Part shown: piece after piece, positions 45,760-59,075 of the stretch
Layout of the letters: every line of letters begins with the position of its first letter
Numbering within the stretch: position 1 is the stretch's first letter
DNA from: Scyliorhinus canicula
Lineage: Eukaryota
Assembly (NCBI RefSeq): GCF_902713615.1
Contig: NC_052172.1
Location: 16,339,327 to 16,403,326, forward strand
DNA length: 64,000 nucleotides
Direction: 5' to 3'
Notes under the pieces: generated by a model
What the model was told of the DNA's origin: nothing
Databases searched by the model: none
What the model saw: only the letters and a program-made list of their open reading frames with translations
Translations under genes and position numbers: made by a program

Positions 45760-48700
45760 GGCCGCGGCCCGTCTCCCTCGGGGGGGGGGGGGGCACGTGG
45801 GGCCTGGACCGCACCATGGCTGTACCGGGGGTGGGGGAGGCGGGAATCCCCCCGCGCTCTACCCTCCGAATGGGACAGTCCGGACCGCACCATGGCTGTC
45901 CCCGGGGCGGGGGTATACGGAAATCCCCCCCGCGCTCTCCGCTCCGAATGGGACCGTCCGCCTCCCTCGCACCATTAGCTCCCCCCTTAATAATCGGAAT
46001 GGGACGTCCTGCGGCCCGCTCTTCAAGCCGAGTGCTGGGTCAGTCCACTCGGACCGGAGGGGGGAGGCTGTCAATATCCACATTGCTATCTTTTCAGGGA
46101 CAATATTCGCTAAGGATGAGGTGGCGGAGGGTTATATTTTTAATATAATCGATTAAAAGTCACCTGGGTTTCTTTTCGCGCTTAAATTCTATCTTTGAAT
46201 GCACTTCGCGGCCAGTACGGGTCCTTAAAGGGATGGTGCACCCTCCCCATGTCTGCCGACGGAAATTCCAGCCCAGGCTGTTTGCGACAGGGGGCGCTGT
46301 GCGCCAGGACTGGAAGCAAAGTTCAAAACTCTCAAACTTTCCTTCAAACTTTTTCTTTCCTTTGACCCAGAGGCAGTTTGTGGCTGGGCTGATGGAATGG
46401 GGCGGCGTGTTGGCACTGCCGCCTCACGGCACCAGGGATCCGGGTTCCATTCCGCCCTCGGGCAACTTGTCTGTGTGGAGTTTGCACGCCCTCCCCCCCT
46501 GTCTACGCCGACTTCCCCCAAAGGCGCGCGGGTCGGGTGGATGAGCCGCGGGTGCTGAGTTGCCCCCTTGCGTCCAAAAGAAGTTAGGCGGGTGGGGTGC
46601 TCTTTCAGAGGGTCAGTGCAGACTCGACGGGCCGAGTGGCCTCCTTCTGCACCCTAGTGGTTCCATGCAAAGGATTCCGCGCGCCGCGTTAATCTTCCTC
46701 ACCATTGTCCCCCCCACCCTACCTAAAAATTGGAATGGGAAGTCCCGTGGCCCGTTCAAGCCGAGTGGTGGGTCAGTCCACTCAGAATGGAGGGGGAAGA
46801 GTGTCAATATCGACATTGCTCTCTTTTCATTGTACAGGGATGTGCAGGTTAGGTGTGGTTGTGGGGATAGGGCGGGGGAGTGGGGCTTGGTAGAGCTCTC
46901 AGAGTGTCGATGCAGACTCGTTGGGCTGAATGGCCTGCTTCTGCACTGTCAGGATTCTATGGCAGAAAGGGAGAGAAAGACAGATTTAGGGCGGGAATTC
47001 AGGAGTTCAGGAGGCTGAAGGCACCGTGGTAGAGAAATGGGGTTGCCCTAGCGGCCAGAGTTGCAAGAGCACAGATACCTCAGAGGAAGGTTATGGGGGG
47101 GGGGGGGGGGGCGGGGGGGGGGGGGGGGGGGGGCGGGGGGGGGGGCGGAATTTGAAAACAAGGATGAAAATATTAAATTTGTGGTGCATTTCCCCATTAC
47201 CATTCATAGAAATTACAGTGCTGAAGAAGGCCATTCGGCCCATCAAGTCTAGACCGGCTCTTGAAAGAGCACCCTACTCCACCCTCCACCCTATCCCCAT
47301 AACCCAGTAACCCTACCGAACGGTTGGACACTAAAGGCCTAATTAAGGACAGAGGTGCTGGACATGTGGGATTGGGGAGGAGGACTTGAGGCAGTGGGTT
47401 CGCGAACCCACTGAACCCTCGTGAGCTCTGGGTTCAAATCCCATCCCAGGACTTGATGGTCAAGGAAGGCGAGTTCGTAAAGCTGCCAAAAGCTGATTAT
47501 CAACCTGCAAAATCCTTCCAACTCACGCCAATGGCTGGCAGTCAGAGCGGGAGCGGTTCCTGGCCAGCCATGTAGCGGAAAGAATGCTGGAGCCTCCACT
47601 GTCACTCTCCACAGCCCCGAACTCCCAGGCTACAATGAACAGGTAAATTTGCAACTCCCTGGGGGAGGCTGGACGGCAAGGGGTGGGTAAGATTGGTGCC
47701 GACAGCACGTTGTTCAATCGCTGTTCTGGCTGGGATGGGTATGGGACCTGCTTCCTTGTCCCACTTCTGGCGGTTGTCGTGGTGATGTGGGTCCGACCTA
47801 CCTTTTGGACAGAGAACTGCGGAAGAATATGGTCCAGCGGGAACGGGCCTGGAGGCAAGGGATGGAGCTAAGTGGAAGAAACCGAATTATTGGAACTCTT
47901 TGCCGCAGAAGGCTGTGGAGGCCAAATCACTGAGTGTCTTTAAGGCCGAGATAGGTAGGTTCTTGATTAATAATGGGATCAGGGGTTATGGGGAGAAGGC
48001 AGGAGAATGAGGATGAGAAAATATCAGCCATGATCGAATGGTGGAACAGACTTGATGGGCTGAATGGCCTAATTCTGCTCCTGCGTCTTATGGCCTTATG
48101 GGAAGGGGGCTGGTGCACCAAAACTGCAATAATGCGACCCTTTTCATTCAATGCAGGAATGCTGTCCTCTTATCAATGCCAGTCCAGGCAAAAAAAGCCA
48201 CAGTCTCGTAGCTCGATCAAACAGGCGCTGTCTGGCACATCCCCACACAGGGTGAAGTGGAGATTAATTTTCACACCATCTACAATACATGTGTCACCGT
48301 GGAACCCGTCATTGAACACCAAGCAGGCCGCTCCCATTCACAGTAAGAGAGAGCCGAACAAGAAGATTCCGACAGCACCAAGCGCCACTCAAAGTCCAAT
48401 AGACTTTGCATCAGGAGATATGGGCGTTGCTGGGTAGGGCCCAGCATTTGTTGTCCATCCCTAATTGCCCCTTGAACCGAGTGTCTCGCTCGGCCATTCC
48501 AGAGGGGGCAGTTTAAGAGCCAACCCCATCGCCGTGGGGTCTGGAGTCACGTGTAGGCCAGGCCGGGTAAGGACGGCAGGTTTCCTTCCCTAAAGGGGGG
48601 ACATTAGTGAACCAGATGGGTTTTTAACAACAATCGAGGGTAGATTCATGTGCACCATTCATTTCAAGTCCAGATTTTATTAATTCATTGAATTTAAATT

Positions 48701-49249
48701 CCACCAGCTGCCGAGGTGGAATTTGAACCCATGTCTCTCTCTCTCCCCCCTCGCCCTCCCAAGACTGTTAGCCTGGAGCCCTCTGGGTTACTAGTCCAGC
48801 GATGTTATCACTACACCACCTGGTTTGCAATTTCACTGGAGTATCCAGATGTTCCCCAGCACTGGGAATGTCAGGGGCCTGCGTGAAGGGATCAAACTGA
48901 CAACAGGCCCATCAGCAAAGAAAACAGCTCCATCCAGACGCGCAGCAGTGGAGGCCGGGGCATTGAATACATTCTCGGCCCGGTTAGACAGGAAAGCGGA
49001 TGAATCGAAATTTGGAATTGTGTGTAAGGAGGGCGGTGGAGATCTTCAAAAGGACGGAGACAAGTTGTTGGAGGGCAGACAGTCTGGATAAATGTGAGGC
49101 GATGCACTTGGGCAGGACAAACAGGGTAAGGGGATTACCTGAGAAACAGCAGGATCCCGGGAAGCACCGAGGATCAGAGGGATCTTGGTGTGCATGTACA
49201 CCGGCCTCTTTAACTGAGCAGGTGGAAACAGAGGTTAAGAAGGCATATG

Positions 49250-50008
49250 GTGTGGGGGGAGGGGGGGGGGGGGAGGGGGGAGGGAGAGGGGGGGAGGGGG
49301 GGGAGGCAGGGAGACGTTAACAAACTTGGCATCCACAGGAACAGAGAGAAAGGAGAAGACAAGCGGAAGACAGGAGGGGGGCGGCTGAAGCGGAAGTGAG
49401 CACGAGACGACAACGGCAGCAAAATCCGTCCGGGAGAAGCAAGGGGCACCAGACCCACTCGGAGAAGCAAGGGGCACCAGACCCACTCGGAGAAGCAAGG
49501 GGCACCAGACCCACTCGGAGAAGCAAGGGGCACCAGACCCACTCGGAGAAGCAAGGGGCACCAGACCCACTCGGAGAAGCAAGGGGCACCAGACCCACTC
49601 GGAGAAGCAAGGGGCACCAGACCCACTCGGAGAAGCAAGGGGCACCAGACCCACTCGAGGATTGCTCACCGGAATTGTCTATCCGGCACCCAATTGTATA
49701 TATGCCCCCTCCCCCCCCCCCCCCCTCTCCCCCCACAAACAGATGCCTACTGATGCGTGTAAATAATTTTGCGAAGTGTACAGAGTTTCTGCGGCTGGGC
49801 GGGTGCATCATACCCCACCAGTTACATTATTTGATTTTGTACTTCTCTCGTGTTGTTACTGTTTTATTTTATTTTCTCCTCTCCCTTTGTGATTTGTGTG
49901 TGTGCCGTTCTCTTCTATATATATATATATATATATCATATCCTGTGTACATAACAGCAAATATACTTTCTTCAAAAATGCAATAAAAAACATTTATTAA
50001 AAAAAAAA
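49250..50008 (+). mobile_element. L1-like 3' end (polyA-tailed) inserted in CR1
   Basis: Ends aataaaaaacatttattaaaaaaaaaa; aagaaggc repeated at 49237 and 50007; TT/AAGA insertion site. Confidence 0.6.
49432..49657. repeat. Perfect 28-bp tandem repeat, about 8 copies
   Basis: Unit ggagaagcaaggggcaccagacccactc. Confidence 0.95.
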
Positions 50009-50100
50009 GAAGGCCCTCACTTGGCCTTTATTCGCAGAGTTATAGAGTTTGAGAGCAGGGAGGTTAAGCTGGAACTGTATAAAACATTGGTTAGGCCACT

Positions 50101-50671
50101 GCTGGTTTAGCACACTGGGCTAAATCGCTGGCTTTGAAAGCAGGCAGGCCAGCAGCACGGTTCGATTCCCGTACCAGCCTCCCCGAACAGGCGCCGGAAT
50201 GTGGCGACTAGGGGCTTTTCACAGTAACTTCATTGAAGCCTACTCGTGACAATAAGCGATTTTCATTTCATTTTCATTTTTCATCTGGGAAATCAGTCGT
50301 GTTGTTTGGCCGGCCATTGAGAAATTTGAAAGTGTGATAAAGTTCAGAAGACATTTGGATTATTTGCTTTTCTGCTGCAGGCCCATTTCTGCCCTTCTCA
50401 CCCTCATTTCCATAATAATACAAATGACAGATTATTATTTTAATGTCTACTTTTCTTTTACTGACAGGAGTCTTGTCTGAGCCCATCACGCACCAGCTGA
50501 GCCTTTCAGTGCTCCATTCTACCATTCAAACATGTACCAAATGTTTCAAACATGTTTCAAACATGTATCAAATGTTTCAAACATGTTTCAAACATGTACC
50601 AAATGTTTCTCAGATGTACCAAACACGTTTCAAACATGTACCAAATGTTTCTAAGATGCATCAAACATGTT
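50101..50671 (+). repeat. Local duplicate of 59480-60109 (short SINE plus unique flank)
   Basis: Near-identical sequence; near-identical spurious ORFs at 50274-50525 and 59650-59901. Confidence 0.9.
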
Positions 50672-53600
50672 GAGGGATGTGACAGCACTGGGAAAGGGTG
50701 CAGAGGAGATTCACCAGGATGTTGCCTGGGCTGCAGAGTTTCGGCTATGAAGAGAGATTGGATAGACTGGGATTGTTTTCCTTGGAGCAGAGGAGACTGG
50801 GGCTGGGGTGGGGGGGGGGGGGGGGGGGGGCATGATTTTTTAAAAATTCACTCATGGGATGTGGCTGGGCCGACATTTATTGCCCATCCCTGAGGACAGT
50901 TAAGAGTCGACCACATCGCTGTGGGGTCTGGGGGTCACATGTAGGCCAGGCCGGCTAAGGACGGCAGATTTCCTTCCCTAAAGGGGGACATTAGTGAACC
51001 AGATGGGTTTTTACGACAATGCTTTCATGGTCACCGTTAGACTTTTAATTCCAGACTTTAAAAAAAAAATTGAATTAAAATTTCACCATCTGCCACATGG
51101 GATTTGAACCAGCGTCCCCAGACTCAAGGTCCCTGGTTTACTAGTTAAGCGTCAATACCACTACACCACTGCTTCCCCTCATGATTGAGATGTATAAAAT
51201 GATGAGGGGCATCAGGAAGAAACGTTTCCCTTTGCCAGAGGGATCAATGACCAGGGGGCAGAGATTCAAGGTAAGGGGCAGGAGGTTGAGAGGGGAGGTG
51301 TGAAGGGTTCAATAAAGGATCCACCACATTGGGCTTTATTAATCGGGGCATTGAGTACAAGAGTGAGGAGGTTACGTCGAACCTGTCACAGACACTCCCA
51401 GCTGGAGTATCACATCCAGTCCTGGAAGAACGTGAGGGCTTTGGAGAGAGTGCGGAAAAGATTCACGCAAACGTTCCTTGGAATGGATGAGGAGCTTCAG
51501 TGAGGTGGATAGATTGGAGAAGTTGGGACTGTCTCCTTGGAGAAGAGAAGGTTGAGAGGAGACTGACTGGGTGTACAGAATTATTGGGCAGCACGGTAGC
51601 ATTGTGGATAGCACAATTGCTTCACGGGTCCCAGGTTCGATTCCGGCTTGGGTCACTGTCTGTGCGGAGTCTGCACGTTCTCCCCGTGTGTGCGTGGGTT
51701 TCCTCCGGGTGCTCCGGTTTCCTCCCACAGTCCAAAGATGTGCAGGTTAGGTGGATTAGCCAGGGTAAATTGCCCCTTAGTGTCCAAAATTGCCCTTAGT
51801 GTTGGACGGGGTTACTGGGTTATGGGGATAGGGTGGAGGTGTTGACCTTGGGTAGGGTGCTCTTTCCAGGAGCCGGTGCAGACTCGATGGGCCGAATGGC
51901 CTCCTTCTGCACTGTAAATTCTATGATGAATTATGAGGGGGGAAGAGAGACAGTGGACAGGATAAAAAAGTTCCCTTGGCAGAGAATTCTAGAAGCTAAG
52001 TGGCAGAGGGGACGTGAGGAAGAAACTTTTTTTACGCAGAGGGCAGTGGGAGTCTGGGATTCGCTGCCCGAGGTGGTGGTGGAGGCAGAGACCCTAAACC
52101 CTTTTAAAAAGTACCTGGATCTGCGCCGTAAGTGCGGTAAGCCACAGGGCTGTGGGCCGGGTGCAGGGAAGTGCGATTAGAAAGGGCACCCGCGTGTCCG
52201 CGGGCTGGTGTGGACAAGATGGGCCGAAAGGCCTCCTTCTGCGCCGTAACGAATCTGCGATTAAGGCCACAATCAGATCGCGGCCAAGATCTTACTGAGT
52301 AGGGTTGTAGGCTCGAGGGGCCGAACGGCCCAACCCCAGCGTCCTTAAACTGTTGAATATGGATCTCGATTGTGCGACTCTCCTTCGGGGGAGGCCCTGA
52401 AGGTTTTCGAAAGCCTCTTCAGGATGGGTTGCTGTTGAGATGATTCCCCTTTAAGGAGGCCCTCATAACAGTGTGTTTGTTTTATTCTCCAGACTTTACC
52501 CGTTCGAGGAGTGAACTATAATCTTGGCTTTGCCGTTGGAATGTTCTGTGGTATTGGCGCCGGTGAGAATGCCCGATTGGGATTTTTCTTGCTCGTCCAG
52601 CTGTGGGGATGAGGCCCCGTCCTCTCCGTGAGCTGAGGCCCCCCCCCCCCCCCCCAGTGTCACAGGCCACAAACATTGAGCCAAATTAAGGATGAACCAA
52701 TTGATCTGAAATCTTGGCCCAGCGGAGCGGAATCTCTCTCAGTCCTTCGAGGGGAATCGCATCGACCGCAATTCCAGTTCACAGGACGCACGGAATTCTT
52801 ACAGAACACGAGGAGGCCGTTCCTGTCTCCTCCGGCCCCCCAAATGAGCAGCTCGCCTCACCTCGTTTCCCCCCCCCCCCGCCTTCTCTCCACAAGCCCG
52901 CACATTTTCTGATAATATCCTCGCTCCCTCGCGAAGGCCTCGCTCGAACTTGCCGCCACCACGTTCTCAGGCAGCGCATTCCCGATCCTAACCACTCGCG
53001 AATCGCGTACCACTTCCCGTAGCAGCCTCCCCGAACAGGTGCCGGAATGTGGCGACTAGGGGCTTTTCACAGTCACTTCATTTGAAGCCGACTTGTGACA
53101 ATAAGCGATTCCCATTTCATTTCATTTTGGCTACGCGAAAAAAACCTCTCCTCATATCTCCATTGCTTCGTCGGATTCCGACAGGGCAGAAGGGGGCCAT
53201 TCGGCCCATCGAGTCTGCACCGGCCCTCTGAAAGAGCATTCCGCTCCACCGCCCTATTCCAATTCAGCTCACCGGCACGTCTTTGGACTGTGGGAGGAAA
53301 CCCACGCAGACACGGGGAGGATGTGCAGACTCCGCACAGACAGTGACCCAAGGCCGGAATCGAACCTGGGACCCTGGTGCTGTGAGGCTGTAGTGCTAAC
53401 CGCTGTGCCACCCCATGCTGCCCTTTCTTTTGCCATTGACCTTAAACCTGTGCCCCTCGCATTAACGGTCCTGCCACCAAACGGGGGACCGTTTCTCCCT
53501 ATTGACTCTGCCCAGACCCCCCCTCGTGACTTTGAACACCCCCACTGAATCTCCTCTCCCCCAAGAAAAACAGTCCCAACCCCTCCGATCTGCCCCTGCA

Positions 53601-54500
53601 GGGGTAAGGGGGTCACAGGTTATGGGGAGAAGGCAGGGGAATGGGGATGAGAAAGTATCAGCCATGATTGAATGACGGAGCAGACTCGATGGGCCGAGTG
53701 GCCTAATTCTGCTCGTCTTCTTGAATCGATATCAAAAAATAACCTCTCGGGCGGCACGGTGGCCTAGTGGTTAGCCCTGCTGCCTCACGGCGCCGAGGAC
53801 CCGGGTTCGATCCCGGCTCTGGGTCACTGTCCGTGTGGCGTTTGGCACATTCTCCCTGTGTCTGCGTGGGTTTCGCCCCCACAACCCAAAGATGTGCAGG
53901 GTAGGTGGGTTGGCCAGGCTAAATTGCCCCTTAATTGGGAAAAAATGAATTGGGTCGTCTAAATTTTGAAAAAAGAAAAAAAAACTCTCATTGACCTTTC
54001 GCTGCCTCAAAACTGACCTTCCTCGTTCAACATAAAGGGGGCAGTTAAGCTGGGAAGGGGCTGGGAGTGGTGGGATCACTGGGCTGGCATACATCTCACA
54101 GTGTGACATGGAGCAACTCTCAATGGCCTCACACTAGCGATGAAAGTGTGTTCCTCTAACCAGCGCCGAATTCGCCCTCAGGTCCTGTCCCCTGATGGAT
54201 TTGCCCTCTTCTCCATTTTCCTGCTCTGCCTAATGTGCTGTGCTCCGACCCCGCTGCCCGCCCTGGCACTCCTCTTGAGCCTCACCGGTCACTCAACTGC
54301 CGGGGGCGTCACAAGTCGCTGCCCAGGTCCTGTTGTCCCAGCCAGGACCGCACAGGTCAGAAAGATCCGAAGGTTCGATTCCTGGCCGACGTTATCCGAT
54401 ATGGGAAGGACATGGGTCCCACGTCCGGGGAGAGGGGGGAACGGGTGTGGACAGAGTCGATAGGGATAAACCGTTCCCATTGGTGGAAGGGTGAAGAACC

Positions 54501-55204
54501 TGTCACGACCCCCTGGGCCGGTGCGCAGGTCAATTCCAGCCCCGGAACTGACCCGGAGTCACAACGCAATTAGATTAACAAATCATTCTTAGAATAAAAT
54601 CCCAAAGTCTTTGGCTCTTGGCTGCTCAATAATTACAACCACCAGGTTTGGAAGTTTAAACACAATTACTGTTTATTTGTAACAAGAACAAACTGAAATG
54701 TACAGCAAATACAACTGGTTAACCATTGCCTAATTCCTAATCCCCCACTTGCTCCCATCCGCTACATAAACACACAAGACAGACAATCGCAGAGGGGGGA
54801 GATAGGGGTGAAAAATAATCAGGATGAAAGTCAAAAGATGTTTCCGATGACTGTTTCTAGCACCTTTGATTCAATTCAGTTTGAGGTTCTCACTGTAGAT
54901 TCATGCAGGTTCTGTGTTCCACTCCGCAGCTTTTCCTCCCTTCAATCTAAGCTGTTCTCAGCCTGGAATGGTTTCCCTGTACGTACATCCATTCAACTGC
55001 TCCATAAGGTTCAGAAATACATCAATTCACAGCCACTCTGGGAGACAGACAGGGAGCAGGTCCTTGTCCCTGTGCCTCCAGGAGCTCCCTGCGTCTCTGA
55101 AAATCGTTCCACTCGTGTCGGACCCAATCGCCACCGGTTAGCGGGCGGAATACAGCCTTTTGGCCAATTCGAGTCCGGGGAAATCAGCAGGAGCGACCTT
55201 TACA
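54501..55204 (-). mobile_element. Solo ERV-like LTR (704 bp) in CR1
   Basis: TG...CA ends; 4-bp TSD AACC (54497-54500 and 55205-55208); AATAAA on the - strand near 54673. Confidence 0.7.
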
Positions 55205-55891
55205 AACCAGAGAATTGAGCGCGCAATCCAGACTGACGCCCCAGCGAGATTTCGGCACTTGTCGGTGGAGGGGGGGGGGGGGGGGGGGGGGGAACGAGCC
55301 ATGGGGAAAGAGCGGGTGAATGGGACGATTGGGGCGGCTCCTTCAAAAGAGGTAGCACAGACGCGGTGGACTGAATGGTCGCCGTCTGTGTTAATGATCC
55401 CACGACGCGCTGGCTGTAAAGTGACTTTGGATGTCCTCGGGCCGTTGTATGAGAGGAGACGTGTGAATGTGTTGTTGCTGGGGTTCGAAACCCCAACCTG
55501 CTGCTCCACCCAGCAACAGAGGGGCCCTCTCTCCTGTGGCACGTACTGTGCCTTTAAGGCTTGGCTTTGTCCGCCCGCCTCCCCCGAGGATTACAGCATT
55601 TGGTTCAAAGAGGACGTCAATGTTTTTTGTCCAATTATTGTGTGTCCAGGGAGCGTGTGAACTGACCTCGTCCGTGCCCTCGGGGGTCCTGACACACAAA
55701 CACACTCGCATGTTCACCTCCCAGAAGATGTGATCGGCCCCAGATGCTGACTTTCCTTTTCGCTCCGACTGCAGAGTTCCCCGTGAGCACAGACAGTCCG
55801 GTCTTCGTGGCATTGCAGCTGCAGAGTGACCCAGTGCACAGATTCCGTCTCAGTGAACCTCTGGGCGATAGCAGCAGCGAAGCTGTGAGAG

Positions 55892-55958
55892 TGTGGGAGT
55901 GGGAGTGGGAGTGGGAGTGGGAGTGGGAGTGGGAGTGGGAGTGGGAGTGGGAGTGGGA
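55892..55958. repeat. (GGGAGT)n microsatellite
   Basis: About 11 perfect hexamer copies. Confidence 0.95.
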
Positions 55959-56070
55959 GGAAACGGTTTGAAATCAGTCAGCAAGCAGCAGCTACTGATT
56001 CTCACTTCCACAAATAGAGCCAAAAAGAATCCATCGTTTATTCCCCGCAAAATGGAAATAATAACAGCAA

Positions 56071-59000
56071 CTCCCAGGACAGGTACAGCACGGTGTTAGA
56101 TACAGAGTAAAGCTCCCTCTACACTGTCCCCATCAAACACTCCCAGGACAGGTACAGCACGGGGTTAGATACAGAGTAAAGCTCCCTCTACACTGTCCCC
56201 ATCAAACACTCCCAGGACAGGTACAGCACGGGGTTAGATACAGAGTAAAGCTCCCTCTACACTGTCCCCATCAAACACTCCCAGGACAGGTACAGCACGG
56301 GTTAGATACAGAGTAAAGCTCCCTCTACACTGTCCCCATCAAACACTCCCAGGACAGGTACAGCACAGGGTTAGATACAGAGTAAAGCTCCCTCTACACT
56401 GTCCCCATCAAACACTCCCAGGACAGGTACAGCACGGGTTAGATACAGAGTAAAGCTCCCTCTACACTGTCCCCATCAAACACTCCCAGGACAGGTACAG
56501 CATGGGGTTAGATACAGAGTAAAGCTCCCTCTACACTGTCCCCATCAAACACTCCCAGGACAGGTACAGCACAGGGTTAGATACAGAGTAAAGCTCCCTC
56601 TACACTGTCCCCATCAAACACTCCCAGGACAGGTACAGCACGGGGTTAGATACAGAGTAAAGCTCCCTCTACACTGTCCCCATCAAACACTCCCAGGACA
56701 GGTACAGCACGGGGTTAGATACAGAGTAAAGCTCCCTCTACACTGTCCCCATCAAACACTCCCAGGACAGGTACAGCACGGGGTTAGATACAGAGTAAAG
56801 CTCCCTCTACACTGTCCCCATCAAACACTCCCAGGACAGGTACAGCACAGGGTTAGATACAGAGTAAAGCTCCCTCTACACTGTCCCCATCAAACACTCC
56901 CAGGGCAGGTACAGCACGGGGTTAGATACAGAGTAAAGCTCCCTCTACACTGTCCCCCCATCAAACACTCCCAGGACAGGTACAGCACAGGGTTAGATAC
57001 AGAGTAAAGCTCCCTCTACACTGTCCCCATCAAACACTCCCAGGGCAGGTACAGCACGGGGTTAGATACAGAGTAAAGCTCCCTCTACACTGTCCCCATC
57101 AAACCCTCCCAGGACAGGTACAGCACAGGGTTAGATATAGAGTAAAGCTCCCTCGTCACTGTCTCCATCAATCTCTCCCAGGACAGGTACAGCACGGGGT
57201 TAGATACAGAGTAAAGCTCCCTCTACACTGTCCCCATCAAACACTCCCAGGACAGGTACAGCACGGGGTTAGATACAGAGTAAAGCTCCCTCTACACTGT
57301 CCCCCATCAAACACTCCCAGGACAGGTACAGCACAGGGTTAGATACAGAGTAAAGCTCCCTCTACACTGTCCCCATCAAACACTCCCAGGACAGGTACAG
57401 CACGGGTTAGATACAGAGTAAAGCTCCCTCTACACTGTCCCCATCAAACACTCCCAGGACAGGTACAGCACAGGGTTAGATACAGAGTAAAGCTCCCTCT
57501 ACACTGTCCCCATCAAACACTCCCAGGGCAGGTACAGCACGGGGTTAGATACAGAGTAAAGCTCCCTCTACACTGTCCCCATCAAACACTCCCAGGACAG
57601 GTACAGCACAGGGTTAGATACAGAGTAAAGCTCCCTCGTCACTGTCTCCGTCAAACACTCCCAGGACAGGTACAGCACGGGGTTAGATACAGAGTAAAGC
57701 TCCCTCTACACTGTCCCCATCAAACACTCCCAGGACAGGTACAGCACGGGGTTAGATACAGAGTAAAGCTCCCTCTACACTGTCCCCATCAAACACTCCC
57801 AGGACAGGTACAGCACAGGGTTAGATACAGAGTAAAGCTCCCTCTACACTGTCCCCATCAAACACTCCCAGGGCAGGTACAGCACGGGGTTAGATACAGA
57901 GTAAAGCTCCCTCTACACTGTCCCCCATCAAACACTCCCAGGACAGGTACAGCACAGGGTTAGATACAGAGTAAAGCTCCCTCTACACTGTCCCCATCAA
58001 ACACTCCCAGGACAGGTACAGCACGGGTTAGATACAGAGTAAAGCTCCCTCTACACTGTCCCCATCAAACACTCCCAGGACACGTACAGCACAGGGTTAG
58101 ATACAGAGTAAAGCTCCCTCTACACTGTCCCCATCAAACACTCCCAGGGCAGGTACAGCACGGGGTTAGATACAGAGTAAAGCTCCCTCTACACTGTCCC
58201 CATCAAACACTCCCAGGACAGGTACAGCACAGGGTTAGATACAGAGTAAAGCTCCCTCGTCACTGTCTCCGTCAAACACTCCCAGGACAGGTACAGCACG
58301 GGGTTAGATACAGAGTAAAGCTCCCTCTACACTGTCCCCATCAAACACTCCCAGGACAGGTACAGCATGGGGTTAGATACAGAGTAAAGCTCCTTCTACA
58401 CTGTCCCCCATCAAACACTCCCAGGACAGGTACAGCACAGGGTTAGATACAGAGTAAAGCTCCCTCTACACTGTCCCCATCAAACACTCCTGGGGCAGGT
58501 ACAGCACGGGGTTAGATACAGAGTAAAGCTCCCTCGTCACTGTCTCCGTCAAACACTCCCAGGACAGGTACAGCACAGGGTTAGATACAGAGTAAAGCTC
58601 CCTCTACACTGTCCCCATCAAACACTCCCAGGATAGGTACAGCACAGGGTTAGATACAGAGTAAAGCTCCCTCTACACTGTCCCCATCAAACACTCCCAA
58701 GTCAGGTACAGCACAGGGTTAGATACAGAGTAAAGCTCCCGCTACACTGTCCCCATCAAACACTCCCAGGACAGGTACAGCACGGGGTTAGATACAGAGT
58801 AAAGCTTCCTTTACACTGTCCCCATCAAACACTCCCAGGACAGGTACAGCACGGGGTTAGATACAGAGTAAAGCTCCCTCTACACTGTCCCCATCAAACA
58901 CTCCCAGGACAGGTACAGCACGGCGTTAGATACAGAGTAAAGCTCCCGTGACACTGTCCCCATCAAACACTCCCAGGACAGGTACAGCACGGGGTTAGAT

Positions 59001-59075
59001 ACAGAGTAAAGCTCCCTTTACACTGTCCCTATCAAACACTCCCAGGACAGGTATAGCTCAGGGTTAGATACAGAG
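56071..59075 (+). repeat. 69-bp satellite array, about 43 copies
   Basis: Unit ctcccaggacaggtacagcacggggttagatacagagtaaagctccctctacactgtccccatcaaaca. Confidence 0.97.

Larger units (their letters stand above)
48990..52330 (+). mobile_element. Fragmented CR1 LINE(s) hosting several nested insertions
   Basis: DKCEAMHLGRTN, VKKAYG and FTQRAVGVWDSLPEVVVEAETL CR1 ORF2 motifs. Confidence 0.8.

Noticed and set aside
47095-47146. Long G/C homopolymers here and elsewhere as functional G4 elements
   Set aside because: Ubiquitous within repeats, and their lengths are unreliable in assemblies.
49370-49430. GCGGAAG ETS motifs as a promoter of a divergent gene such as PPP1R13L
   Set aside because: They lie inside a polyA-tailed insertion within CR1, with no donor or recognisable exon.
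55892-55958. Interstitial telomere
   Set aside because: The unit is GGGAGT, not the vertebrate TTAGGG.
56071-59075. CRISPR-like regular repeats (also at 49432-49657)
   Set aside because: Head-to-tail units with no unique spacers, no cas genes, and a vertebrate context.
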